Origin: Epiperipatus broadwayi
Lineage: Eukaryota > Animalia > Onychophora
Assembly: GCA_028023455.1 (NCBI GenBank)
Contig: JAQFVV010000003.1
Location: 11,780,001 to 11,844,000 of the forward strand
DNA: 64,000 nucleotides
Direction: 5' to 3'
Both the position numbers and the translations under genes were made by a program. Of this stretch, positions 37,571 through 51,228 are shown in pieces; positions within the stretch are counted from its first letter, which is position 1, and every line of letters starts with the position of its first letter. The notes below the pieces were generated by a model that worked only from the letters and a program-made list of their open reading frames with translations, did no database searches and was not told the DNA's origin.

Positions 37571-38419
37571 ATATGTGTGGTCATATGTATCAGTTATATG
37601 AGATCGTGTGAATAGTTGAAGGGTGCTTGAAAATCTGAGTTCAAATCCTCTATATTTACAATTAAACTCCCGGGTTTGTGAAGAGTGCCTGGTTTCAAAT
37701 ATTTAAATGAAAAGAGTAACATCATTTATAACTTTTGTTTCATATAGAAATATTTCAAAAAACAAAATGTGAGTTTAAAATATTTCATCTGGATTCTTTT
37801 TATTTTTTTAGATATCTGAAATTTAAAAAAACTTCTCTTTTGTATTGATAAAAGTTTAATTGTTATCAACTTTGATATTAAATTTTTCAAATTTGATATC
37901 ATTTCTTCAGGCACTTCAAATAAATTACATTATTTTGTCAATGATAGAAAAAAATTATTAATTACCATTCGATGTTGTTTTAAACTGAATTACAATGATT
38001 CTTCCAAATGTTGTTCTAAAGTAGTTTTAGCATTAATTGAATCTTTGGTGGTAGTTGTTATATTTAGCTTTGATTCACAACTGTAATATTTGAATTAATC
38101 TGCAAAATTATTTTGGAATAACCTTTACATTTAGGTTTTAGCTAATTTAATGATAGTTATATATAAAGAGTATAAATTGTATATAAGATATAACAATATC
38201 AATGGATAAAGTTACTTAGGATACTAACAACATTGTAAATTAATGCTGAAATAATATACAACTCAGAAAAATATTACCCTGCTAAATTTTGTTTACAGTT
38301 TTTCTAAGTAAGAATTTGAGAGCATTTAAATATCTAATAAATGACTCTATTATTTTTTAAAGATATTGTATTTCTTGTTATCAATGATAGAACAGTGAAA
38401 AATCACATAGTTCTAGAAA

Positions 38420-39720
38420 TATGAATAACTATAATAGCTTTAAAGGAATGAATGAATTTAATGTTTTTCTTGAGCAATTGTTTGAGATTTATTATATGGA
38501 CAGATTTGAAAGATGTATAGCAAATCTACTAAATGCTTATTACAAGACACAAATGGGATGAAGATTTAATTTAAATCCTTTGTTGATGAAAATTTTGGTT
38601 CCAAGGAATAGTACCTAGTAAAAATTTGAACAAAAATTAGGGACGTATGATTGAGAAATGTACCTGATTTAGAATCTGGTTAAAGTTTTAACAATTGAAA
38701 AAATTGACTGTAGGATATATATTTTTTTAAAAATATTTAAATAGCAACTAGATATTTGATATTGCATTGGTTCAACATATCTGCATGCTCTACAACAAGA
38801 TTAGTAAAAACAGAATGGTTTGCATATAGAAGTAAATCAAGCTATTGTGAGTGACTTGGGATTTGATTGAAGTTGCACTGCATATTTTAGCTCAAAGGTG
38901 ACAAATAATGGCAAACTTATTAAATTAAGATCCCTTTACATGCAGAAAAACAAGCAGTTATAATTGACAGGAGATGTGAAGATAATCCCAAGATGTATAA
39001 TTTTGTATGCATGGACTATAGAAATCAAAAATACTTCCAAGAAAAGCATTGCCAATACAAACTTTTACTTGAGAATAAAGCATGTGTGAACAGAAAACTT
39101 TTATTTTTGTATTGAACTAGCTGATAATGAGATAATTCAAATAAGGACTTGTGTCTTAGATAAATTGATTGGAATTTCAAGAAAATATTAATAAGTTCTT
39201 GTGAAGAATGGTGATAGTTTGTGATTCATATATACCTGATACATGGATGCCTTACAAACCTGAATATAAAGGAAAAAATGAATGTTTTGAGATTTCTGAA
39301 GATTATCATGGCATCATCAATGAAAAATATTGCTTTAACAATAGTTACCAGATGAGGAAGGGGTCTTATGTGTATTGTTTAATTGTTTTGATCATAAGAG
39401 TCTACATATATTGCAAATGCAAATGATGACCCCTGTGGAATGCCAGGGCTAGCATTAAAAGATGAAAAGAGACTATAATTTTTAAGCTTAACTGATCAGT
39501 TGATAAAATAATTTTTATACAGTAATTAGATGTGTATAGTTAAGCAGATTTCTTAATTCACTAAACAAATATTCTCAGTTTTCTAGATCAAAAATGGCCT
39601 TATAATTAACTTAACATGTGACATAATTTGATCATTGGTCTCTTTCTGCAAAGAAGATTGTCTTTTATATTAAAAGGATAAGTTGATTTGCACAGCAGAT
39701 GATCTCAATAAAAGTAATTG
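38420..39720 (+). mobile_element. decayed RTE-like APE-RT remnant
   Basis: LLQDT(K)W motif near 38535, SDLGFD (GDFN-like) near 38850, and TADD near 39695. Many stops. Confidence 0.45.
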
Positions 39721-41479
39721 CTAGATACAATGTGATTTTGGCAATACAAACTATTATTTAGCTAATAATATTGTCTTGATGATAATAGGTGCTGAGATAT
39801 CACTTGCTATATTAATAAGATAACACATATAAAAAAACATGGATTTTTATACATTATCCTTCACTTAATAAAATCTTCATTTTAATATATATATATCATA
39901 TAATTGAAAACTTTATTCCAAAATTTCATTAATTTTATACAGTAATGGTATACTTTCATATAACAGATTACATTTAAAGCTAAACAACAAGATATAACAT
40001 CAGTCAGCAGTGCTGCTATTGCATGAAAAGTCCAGTTACTAATCATTTAACTTTCTTTTGTATACAAGAGATATACTTAAAAAGATTGTCATAATTTACT
40101 TATTTTATTTTTCTAATTCAGTGTTTCTAGACTGGTGTTTCTTTTTTGCGCATTGATAACTTTTGTACTGGTATGACAAATGTTTGAAGAAATTATGAAA
40201 TAATATCATATGGAATGTTGACAAATCTCAAATCTGATGTAATATTTTGTTACATAGACATTTTTAAAACTTTAAACAAACATAATACTTTCTGCCTTCT
40301 GTTCTTTCTTTGAACTAACTGAAGACTTGGCAGCATATTTCAACAATCATGGAAGTCTATGAATTCATTTTTAAACTTTAATTCATTGCAAATGCTTCTA
40401 TGCATATTCATATGCAAGATAGCTTCATCCAATATTCTTGATTATAATATTTCACAAAGGAAAATTGTGAATTTAAAGTTTGTTAAACATTCTACATGCA
40501 CGAAGTGCATCTTTTATACACACAGCAAGATGAGTGAGCACAAAATTTTCTAGATGATTATACTTTTAATTGAAGCATAAAATTTGTACAACACAAATAC
40601 CCTTTCAGTTAATAGTGTTTTAAAATTTTCTTATGTATCTATAAACTTGTGAATCCTGATTTTGAAGTTTTTTTCCCCTTGTGTTTTGTTAGAGTATTTG
40701 TAAAATTAAAATCAAGATTATTATGAACATATATATAAAAGAGTTGGAATCTGGAAATATCCATTCATTATGAAATATTAATCCTGATTTTTTTTAAATT
40801 ATAAGTAACTATTATAATATTAAAATTACATATATCTTGCAAATAACAAATATGGAATGTTTTGAGCTATAAAATCTAAACTGTACTTAAAACTGACAGT
40901 TAAACTTTATTTAATTTAATGATTAAAAATCTAATGTTAAAAATCAGTAAACTTTTTCCCTCTATAATTTTTTAATGTGTTCCCAAACCAAGATGTTTCT
41001 GAACATAGAGGTTTATTCTCCATCCTCTGAAAAATGAATACTCAAAGTTTCACAGTAATTAAACTCTAACATCTTTCAACTCAGATCTTTTATATCTTAA
41101 ATCAGATATTTTTTATGAATGAAATATCAGATAATACATTTTTAATCACGATTTTCCATTTTATTAGGTTTTGATTAACTATAAAAATTCATTATATTAG
41201 AAATAATTATTTACTGTTATAATAAAATTTAATTCTATCTTTTACAAATATAATAATTCTTTTTTCCACTATTTTTTTAATACTATATAATACATATTCT
41301 CTAATTATGAATAAAAGAATATGTTTATCCATATTTTTATTGTTAGTTTTATGACTGAAATGTCCTATATATATATGTGTGTGTGTGTGTGTGTTGTTAT
41401 TTTGGTGATCTGCAAAGTTTTTTTTTTTATTACCAAAATTATTCCACAATTTTTAAAAAATTAAAAATCATTGCACCAA

Positions 41480-43760
41480 TCTAATACAATAATTTAAAAC
41501 TTCAACCATCTAAAGATTTTGACCATAAATTGATTTTTGTTCTTACCTGAAAGTAGACAATAATAAGACTGAAGTGAGTTTAACACTAAACATTATAAAA
41601 GAAACAAATTTCAATATATATGATAGGGAAAAAATTCCATTTAGCTTATGACTGAATAATAATGATCTATCAAAATTATTATGATTACTTTAAGAGTGTC
41701 TACAATAATATATCCCATAAGCACATTTATAACATTTTATGAAAGATTGTCAAATCATATTTCAGCAAACCATGCAAGGTATTTGATGGAAGAAATGTCA
41801 GATATATTAAAAAAGACTTCATTATCAATTAACAATAATGAAAAAATTAGCACACTAAAAAATCATTATGATATTGTTCGAAAAGTTATGAGGTTATTGA
41901 TCATATAATTATGAAATATGTTCAGAAAATATCATATTACTCAAGAAGAATTCTCAGCATTAGAAAAAAGATCTATCATTCAAGTTGGAACTCAAATATT
42001 GATCATGCAATATGGAAATATTTCAATTAATTATATCATGATAATAACCTAATACCATGGGACTGATTTAAAAAAATCAGATTTACCTCAAATATCTTTG
42101 ATTTCCTTTGAAAAGGTGATTAAACAAACATACAAACTAAAATCTACAATAAAAATTAATCACTTAACAAGTTTATTTAATTAATTCGTAACTATTGAAT
42201 ATGTCAACAGACCAGCTATTAACAAATAAATATTATTTATGATAATAAAAAACTCATAAATCCATGCTAAATATTTGCAGCCCTTTTAATAAATAAACAA
42301 TTGCCTGTCCATTATTCTATCTTTGGAAGACCCATTTATCATGCAATAGTAACATAGTATGACACATCTGAAACAAAATTGCCTATTAAATGCAATCACT
42401 GTGAAGAATGATTTTAAAAATGCTTTTCCCCTTGCTAACTCTAATTATCCAGCTAAATAGATATCTAATTTTATTCCAGAAAATCCAATATTTATGTGTG
42501 GATTAATAATTTACATAAAAAATAGATCAGCAGCTATAAAAAAAATTATTAAAATGTTCACAATATCTCAGATTATAAAATACATTACCAAAGATTCCTT
42601 TCTTTCTCTTGTATTATTTACTATCTACATAGATTCACTCATAAGAAAGGATATTTTATTCATGGAATATATCCCACACATAGGATGAAAAATAAATATA
42701 TTTACTATGCTGATGATATTGTAATAATTACTAGAGGAATTTCTAATACTTTTATTATTGAGAAATGCTTAATATTACCACGAAGAAACATTCCATTAAT
42801 GATTACAGTTGTTCCAACTAAATTCTTTAATATTTCAATAAGTATTTCAATGATCAAAATCAAATTAATAATTAATAAATTAATCATTCATAAATTTTAG
42901 ACTAAATTATTAACTTTCAATCTGATTAAATGGCAGCTGAAAACAAAAATTAAAATAATTAATTCTAAGCCAATGGCACAGTATGCACTTTGGAATGGTA
43001 AGCACACATTAATAAATATATAATAATTATTTATGGGGAGTAAGATCAAATCTTTCATCATGCAATACTCTACGAATGTCAACTAAAAACAATAATCTTG
43101 AATTAGTTGAAGTTCATTTTGTCAATTCATAAAAGTCACCTGGAAGAATATGTAGTGATCCTCTATTTAATATAAATTTTCCTGTCAGCCATCTAGTATG
43201 GTAAATTGAAAAAAAACATTATACTTGGTAAGAAGTGGGCTAACTTACTTACATAAAAGATCTGATGAATAGACATAATTCAATACAAAAATCTGTAAAT
43301 AATGATACATCCCAAAATTCAATCAAAGTATCAATTGGAAATCCATTCATCTATAAAAATATTAGAAAATATATTAGATAAATCACTGACTTATACAAGC
43401 ATCAAATTTTTATAGAATGTTTTTCCAACTACATTATTTCTCAACAACTCATGGATGGTTTTTTGCCACAAATTTGTAAATTATATGAATCAAATGAAGA
43501 AACTTTTTATACATTATTGATTATTGTCTCTTTTTCAATAATTTAAGAACAAAATTAATCTTCTCCAATAACCCATTGAGCAAAATTTTGATATCAAATT
43601 TTTTGATAGGTGATGAAAAAATTAATAAGAGCTGCATTATCATTTTGGAGATTTTACGACTAGTAAGATGTTAGGCAGTTTTCCAAAGCAATCATTATTA
43701 TTCTAATCAACTGTGCCATAAAAACAGGAAGAAGTACTATTATAGCAACTTAAAATAATA
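41480..43760 (+). mobile_element. decayed L1/Tx1-like ORF2
   Basis: DHKLIF (APE end, ~41521), DFKNAF, YYADDIV (ORF 42685-42900), and an ICKL..EETF..IDC-like zinc-finger remnant near 43470-43530. Confidence 0.6.
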
Positions 43761-45057
43761 AAAAAATTAAGATTTAGAATGTTCCATAGGGATTATTTAT
43801 TTAATTCATGATATCCATTATGACTTAAGTGAAAAATGGACTCATAATTGCATGATGACTAATGAAGCAATTGCTGTCTGTATAATAATACATTTAAGTA
43901 TTAATGTTGACAGTCATACAAGAAGAATAACAAGTAAAACACATCAATGTCTTTTCTAAATGTAACATGTTAAGTTTTGATTTTAAATATGAAACTTTTT
44001 TTTTACTTGATATGTATAAATTATTGTATACAGAATAATAAATTAGTCTGAAAAAAAAATGAATATACATACTTTAAAAAACCTGTTACAAGCTATTTCT
44101 AGTAGATTAAATATTTGGTTTTAAAACTTTAGTGTCTGAAAGTTAGCAATCATCATTTGGTATAACATAAAACTTCAATGATTGTCTAAGAGATATATTC
44201 TGCCTAAAATAAAATCCAAATAACTAAAAAATGAATTCTAGTAAACTGATGACATAAAATGCCTTGATGTGATGTAAAATGGTTTCTCTTTAAATAAAAT
44301 CAAAAGTTTTTGTGCAAAGACTACATTTCCAGAGGCTCTGTTAACCAAATTAAACATTCCCCCTCTCGCTCTCATTATCTAAAATTGATATTTACATAAT
44401 AAAGTTCATTATTTTCTTTCAATCTACAATAACCCAATCATTCTTTTAGCACAGAAATTCCATTTTAATAAAAGCTCTTATATAATTTCAGTACCCTTTT
44501 CTCATATTTCAATTTTTTTCTAAAGACCTACACAATTTTTTTTACAAAATATTTCTTTCTTTCACAATAACATTCTTCTATTCTCTATTCATTTTCTGAT
44601 CTTCATTCAATACCCTACACACTAATATTTTTTCCACATTTCAAGACAATCCACAATGACAGACTAACTTTGTGTCCCATTTTTCAGATATTGATGGCAT
44701 TATCCTGGTGATCTGGGTTCCTTACTCTCCTCTTAAAAAAATATAGAAAAGTTTAATATTATTATTCTCTATACATACAGTGAGATGAATCAGGTCTTGC
44801 AGTTATGGGTAATAAAATAAAAGTAGACCTGTGTCTTTGCTTGATTTTCTTCATTTTCATTTACTATTTTCCCTATATTTCATTCATCATTGCCTGCATC
44901 AAGTTAAAAATGAAGAAATAATTTCTTTTGTTTCTGAATAATGATATTAAGATAAATAATAAAATTAAGAAAATTAAGCAATTAAATTGTTTGCAGTAAC
45001 TAAATAAATGAGGCAAAGTGCTTACTTCATACTCAATTTGTGATATAAATGAGTATC

Positions 45058-46530
45058 ACATATTTAAAAGAGAAACTTTGGATTAAAATTATTATTATTC
45101 TCAGTCTCACTCTTACTAGAAAGATCTCTTATAGAATGAACCAAAGTCTGCCTGAACAAATAATAGTTAAGTAGTTTGTCAGAAAAGAAAGTCAATGAAT
45201 AACTTGATTGTAAATTATTGATCAAATTTATAAGGTGGAAAAACAGTGAATATTATGATGCTCTCTCAATGAATACAATGTTTCATATCATTATTGTAGG
45301 TAACTTAAAACCATAACTTGCTAGACAAACCTACATTTGAGTCAAACATTTGTGCCCAACAATTAATATCTACAAAAAAAAAAAAGAAGCATATCTAGCT
45401 GCTTATTCTCAAAACCTGATAATTATGTTATTTGTGATGTAATAGTTCAATGAAAATAAGAAACTACTGAAAATTATATAGAAACCCTAAGACTGGCTAC
45501 AAATTAAAATTAGATTTATGCTCAGACAACTTAGAACAAGAGTTAAAAGTAGATTAGATGACTTTCTCAAACTATCAAAGAAAGTATTGAAAATTGATAA
45601 AATTATCCAAAAATTTTAATAATTTACTTAGGAAAGATTTTCATTCTTATAAACAGAGATTTAAAATTTCTTTGATAAACATACTATTGAAAGTATTCAA
45701 TATTGGAATATTTATATACCTTTTTTACATTTAACTTATTTGTGTATGCATTATTTTCTTAATGATTATCACATGTTTTCACTGTATAAATGCACAAATA
45801 CAATGTTATCAATATCAAATAATTTATATTTGCATGTATTTCTATTGCTTGATTTATCATGCAAAGTGATATTTTAATGTTGGTATTTAATGAATAATAT
45901 CACTTTGCATGATAAATCAAACAATAAAAATACATGAGGATATAAAGTGTTTGATATTGATAATATATATATATTTGTGTATTTATATAATATTTTAATA
46001 GTTATTGTATTATTAATATCTTAATGAATTAGCATTATTAAATTCATTGTTACTTTTTATGGATGTCCAGATATTTTGTTATTATGTATATATCTTACTC
46101 GTACATAGGGTCTGATTCTTAAAATTGTGCTAATTAATAGATATATTTATAATAAAAGAATTCATAATTAAAAATGTTAAATAATAATATATAATCAGCC
46201 TGTTTAGGCGAATAAAGGGCAGTACACTCTAAAAGTAAAGATAGTTATCTTTGAAAATAAAATTCACACTGAGTTTTACCATGTAACTTTTTGCCAACTA
46301 TTAAATAGAGTATTATACTAATATGAAAGTAATTAATTACTATACCTAGAACCATCAAATGGCTGTCAATACTATTATATATTTTGGCATTCCAACATAT
46401 GCCTTAACTATCATCACCATGTCATTATTCTATTATAATATATATATAAAATAATCAGGATAATATTTAATAGATATATTAAACAATCTCCACACTTCCC
46501 CATTATTTTTAAATTCATATAAAAGACAAA
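45058..46530 (+). repeat. ~1.5-kb dispersed repeat, copy 1 (inverse copy at 51229-52697)
   Basis: Long collinear reverse-complement match, e.g. ttctcagtctcactcttac / gtaagagtgagactgagaa. Confidence 0.85.
45806..45963. repeat. internal ~70-bp-arm hairpin (also present at ~51790-51950)
   Basis: ttatcaatatcaaa...tgatttatcatgcaaagtgatatt / aatatcactttgcatgataaatca...tttgatattgataa. Confidence 0.85.
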
Positions 46531-46620
46531 TAACCCCCAAGATGCATTTGTCTTTTATTGTATCTTTATTTATATGAATTTAAAAAGAATGGGGAGTATG
46601 GAGATTGTTTAATATATCTA
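46471..46620. repeat. terminal ~60-bp-arm hairpin of the 1.5-kb repeat
   Basis: tagatatattaaacaatctcca..cccatt..aaattcatataaa / tttatatgaattt..aatgggga..ggagattgtttaatatatcta. Confidence 0.8.
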
Positions 46621-47204
46621 TAAAGATATTACACATGGAAAAGAGAAAGATGAATAACTCCATGTGTGTGTATGTTTAAAATTACAAATTCAGGTATATT
46701 AATATAATCTTTAACTGAGGTTTAAGGTTTATATCTGTGCTAATGATAATCTCTAGTTTAGAAAATGATTAATAATAATCATTGTTGTATTTATCTGAGG
46801 TGGATAATGTCAAAGTTGTGAGGAGTGAGTTTGACAATGGTAAATAAAAAATGTGATAATATTTAAAAATCGCATTCTATTTCCAGAAACTTCTAAAAAT
46901 TAATACTTAAATACTCTTTCAAGTTAAGGAATAGATAATCCAATCGGTTCTTTACATTTATTAACAATTGAATGCTGTTTATTTGTAGCTCTAGGAAGTC
47001 TATTTACTTCCAATTAAATTACATATATTGTGACAGAATGAAGATGATCGTACCCCATCACAAGTTAGTATTTGCTAGCCCAATAAACCTAAATGTATTA
47101 ATGAGCTAAGGAAGCTTCTTAAAATAGATAAACAAATTCAGAGTAAAAATATAATTTTGTAGACATATTTTATTCCTACATATAATAAAATATAAACTTC
47201 ACAT

Positions 47205-47360
47205 GATCCAAAGCTCCTCATTGATGAAAGCCACAAGGTAGAAACTAGTCTGGGGATATTGGACGAGTAGGCACTAGATGGGGATTTTATGCACAAACCT
47301 TCCTGCATCCACTGATTACTAAGGCTTATACTAGATGGTACTATTGTATGGAGAGTTTGC
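47205..47360 (+). mobile_element. solo family A fragment with degenerate hammerhead (47215-47256)
   Basis: UCCUCA UUGAUGA AAGC(cacaa)GGUA GAA ACUAGU C UGGGGA, followed by family A sequence to gagagtttgc. Confidence 0.8.
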
Positions 47361-50169
47361 TACTGTTAAAATATACACTAGAAGAATTTTCCTTTAGTTG
47401 TAGTTATATTTTATTTTTATCACCAAAAAAAAAAAAATGTATATTTTAGTTTATCTATTTAAATGTTAAAAAGAGGAGAAAATTAAGTTTTGCTTTTTAT
47501 CTTTCAAAGGACTTTATTATATATATTTATCTTTGATTACATTGTAGATATGTCCACAAGATATTACCCAAAACATAAGTAATAACATTGGATTAATATT
47601 ATAAACAGCATAAATTGGAAAATAAGTAGAAATTACAGGAAACATGAACACATATTGTAAAGGACACTGGGCACCTCATATCCATTATCAGAGGGTGCCA
47701 TTAGACCTCTAGCCTAAAAAATTTATAATTTATCAATGAGGATACCAAGTACAAGTGCCTATGACAGTTGTACCATCACTCATATATCTAAAATCATCTC
47801 TAGATCTCAGAGAGAAGATTCTTGGCAAAATAATAATTGGCATAGCAGAAAACAGTGAAAAAAATGCTGGACAAATCTAACAATTAACAAAACAATATTT
47901 ATTAACAATTTAACAAAGATAAAATTCAATGGTAGGGTTAAATACTAGAATTATTTGCAACAGAACAGAACTTGACTATTAATTAACTCTTTTTTTAAAA
48001 AAAATAGATAGTGTATCTGATATCTGATAGTTAAATATTATACTTCACTTAAATTTTACTTTTAGTACTATTAATAATCCCTGAAGTTTACAAAGACTTG
48101 AACAATTTATTCAGATGCGTGCATACATATATATATTTCATATTGATATTAACAAAATAAATATTCAAGCAGTCTTCCTCATTATATATGGCTACCCATG
48201 CAAGCTATTACAAAAACCAAAATCTATATGCAGTGCATTGGATCCAACCATGAAAAAACAAAAACAAATAAGGAGTGACAATAAATAGGCCTATTAATTG
48301 TTAGAAAGCAAAAACATAAACATAATCATGGGAAGGAAAGTCTTTTGATCAATTGTAAAATGTACATGCCCACAAATATCTCAAGTGGGAACTCATGGGG
48401 AGAAAGGTCACTTTACCCATCCATTAACATATCAATAACTACAAATATATCAAGCACAAATAATTTAAAAAATCACAGGGCCAAAACATAATAATTTCAC
48501 ATGGTATCTAAATATCTAGGATCACTCTATACAATGCAATCACCAACACACATATCTATTTCTTTACTTTCAGGTGTGTATGACACAAAGTAAACAAAAA
48601 ACCGACAACAATTTAAACAATGATTTATAAAAACTTATGTGCACATGTATACATTGAGTCAAGTTCTCACATATTAATGATTTTAAAATATTCGATGGCA
48701 TTATTAAAATAATAAAATTATAAAATCAAAACTTATCTCTTTTAAAACTACTATTTCTTTTTAATTTAAAACCTTTCACTAAAAATAGCATGGACTACAA
48801 TTACCAACAATTGGGGAAATGTTTTTCTTTTAAATAAATCGGTATATCTCAACTTTATGAGGAGAAAAAAAAAACACAAATCTTTTAAGAAGAAAATAAA
48901 AATATTAATCTTTAAAACTAGATTCAAACTATCAGCTATTAAACACATTAATATAATACATAGAAATATAACACACAAAAAAAGTTTATAAAACAGAAAA
49001 ATATAAAATTAAAACCTTTAACTTATATATATCACTAGCTTAATGGCAATGTTTTAATAAACAATTCATAAGAAAAGTTTTATCTTAAATCCACAGAGGA
49101 GTTGATAAAGGGATACTATTTCCTGTAAAAGTTGTATTAGATAAACATATGTATGAGCAGCAAATGTAGATGGAGTTTCTGTATCTTCTTTTACTGGTTT
49201 CTTTGCTCTGGAATAAGAATTTCTCTTGGAATTGTTTCTCTCATATTGAAAAATATATTTATTTATCGGCATCTCAGCAAATAAGGTTAAACTTGGTCAC
49301 TGTAGGAGTTCTGCATACAACATGTTAAGCAGACAATATAACGATTACAAATAAAAACAGAATCACAGCAGAGTAAAAGGAATCAATAGCAGAATAGAAA
49401 TGACTGTAATAGAATGCAGAATGCCAAATGAAATATAATTCCCAACTGGTCTTTTTATATCCCAAAATTTAGTGGATTAACAACCCACTCATTTATCAAG
49501 AATTTTTTAATTAGCAAGATGGTGATTACATTTTCAGATAAGCCGGTAATTATTTAATCAATGGATTTTACCAAATTTTTAATTAAATCAATCTGGAGGA
49601 TTTAGAGACAACAGAATGTTAAAATCAGCAACAAAACAAAATTAACTAATTAGGAATAAAAAAAAGTTTTAAAATTAAGTATTGTTCCTATAATATAATT
49701 TTGATTACTGATTGATAATTTTAATTACAATATATATATATGCAACAAACTACAAAGTACATATTTTTTTATTACAAAGTACATATTTTTTAATTTTTTA
49801 AACTAACAATAACTCTGACCAACATAGTAAATACAAATTTATTAATGTGTGCACATATCTAATACAGCATTTATATAAAAAAAACTTAAAAGCTGAAATT
49901 AAGCTTGTGCTTTGTCAACATAAAATATTTGCACATAAGTTAGTTATTGAGAATATACATCATATATTTTAACATTCCTTAATATTGAACAACAGTCATG
50001 TGGCTCACAAGTTTCATATTAATTTACAAAGAAAATTAAAATTGGTTATGATTTTTCCGTATGACTTCACAATCTGTATCCCTTAAGAGACTATTGCACC
50101 TTGTTAAAAGTTTGAAAATATGTGTATTAATGCTCATGTATTTATATATACCTTGTTCAGCAATTTTTT

Positions 50170-50620
50170 TTATCCCTTTGACATAGTGTCTATTTTGTTA
50201 ATAAAAGTATTTGGATATCTTCTATGATCATTATTATATACAAATGTATATCTGGTACACCATATGAAAAAAAGAATGAATATGCTAGCCTGAAAGTAGG
50301 GATAGAAATCCTTGGCAAATGATTCTATAAGATTGTTGATATTATCATTTTTGTTGTTGAATATTATTGGGAACATTCAAAAAAAATGTGTGCTTGTGTT
50401 TCAATCACTTTATGACATAGAGTACCTTGTGCATCAGTATTTGTCCTTTTTTGAATCTATAGAAGTATAGTGTGGATAGGGATTCTAAGTTTAGTTTTAT
50501 TAAGAAGTCTAAAACAATTTAGTTCTAGTGACCAGAATTTCAATTTGCAACATAATTGTTTGTTATTAAAGTTTAATATGGGTTTTACTTCATTTTGTGG
50601 AGGTGGATAGAGCAATGAGT
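50170..50620 (-). mobile_element. L1/Tx1-like ORF2 3' fragment
   Basis: ETQAHIFFECS and FIWCTRYTFVYNNDHRRYPNTF are homologous to ETLQHIIFNC and LWCTRCAFILGNNPRRHPTTF at 3375-3917. Confidence 0.75.
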
Positions 50621-50899
50621 GCACTTCCCAATACTTATATTTATTTTAGGGCAAAAGTGAATATTTTGAATAGATAATAAAGTTTTTAAAAGTTCTTCCC
50701 AATATTTTGAGTTTGGGAGTAGTCAATCAGTAGGTGCTATTTTACAGGTGATCTCTAGATTTTGAAAAGTTTTAGCATATAATGAAATTATGTTAAATGT
50801 TTTTTGTAATCTGAATGTTTTTCTTTTTATCTTGTAAAGGTAAATTATTTAAAATGGGGTAATTTCATACACTGTACAGGCTTACACACACCTACACAT

Positions 50900-51228
50900 A
50901 TATAATGTAATATATAAGGGATTCAAACTCAGACTTTCACACGATCCTCAACTATCCAAGCCATCTCATATTGTTGATCCACCCAATCACACACATGTTG
51001 AAAAGATAAATAATCACCAATATACGTATTTCGTGCTAAATCAGCAATCATCAGTTGGTCCAGATTACTATCTCCACACATATATACAACAGTGCTCATA
51101 TTTATATTAGGATAGCCAATTTTCATACTTTAATGGACAGACTTCAAACTACCCCAAACCACAATTCTTCAGCCATCCATTTCATTGGAAGTCTGATGGT
51201 GGAATGTTCAAAGCCCACATTAGTGCCA
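50900..51228 (-). mobile_element. family B hammerhead repeat copy
   Basis: Collinear with 34279-34548. Confidence 0.8.
51016..51059 (-). ncRNA. family B type-I hammerhead (best copy)
   Basis: ACCAA CUGAUGA UUGCU(gauuu)AGCAC GAA AUACGUAU A UUGGU. 8-nt palindromic stem III, AUA site, stem I extended AGUAAUC/GAUUAUU past a UGG bulge. Confidence 0.8.

Larger units (their letters stand above)
34279..37699. mobile_element. family B inverted hammerhead element (left arm 34279-34548; right arm ~34549-34786 and 37571-37699), interrupted by an ORF1-only element
   Basis: Arms are reverse complements. 16-bp TSD TATTTAAATGAAAAGA at 34263-34278 and 37700-37715. Confidence 0.88.

Noticed and set aside
37630-37650. 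B-box-like gagttcaaatcc in family B
   Set aside because: No clear A-box, and the motif is not conserved in the other copies.
38421-39426. Apparent Cys-rich ORF with a hydrophobic C-terminus suggesting an endogenous viral glycoprotein
   Set aside because: Other frames give APE endonuclease motifs (LQDTKW, GDFN-like) followed by an ADD motif, so a decayed RTE explains it. The glycoprotein reading needs many stops.
49066-49450. Possible membrane-protein exon on the minus strand
   Set aside because: The hydrophobic part comes from a low-complexity ~18-21-bp repeat, with stops in all frames.
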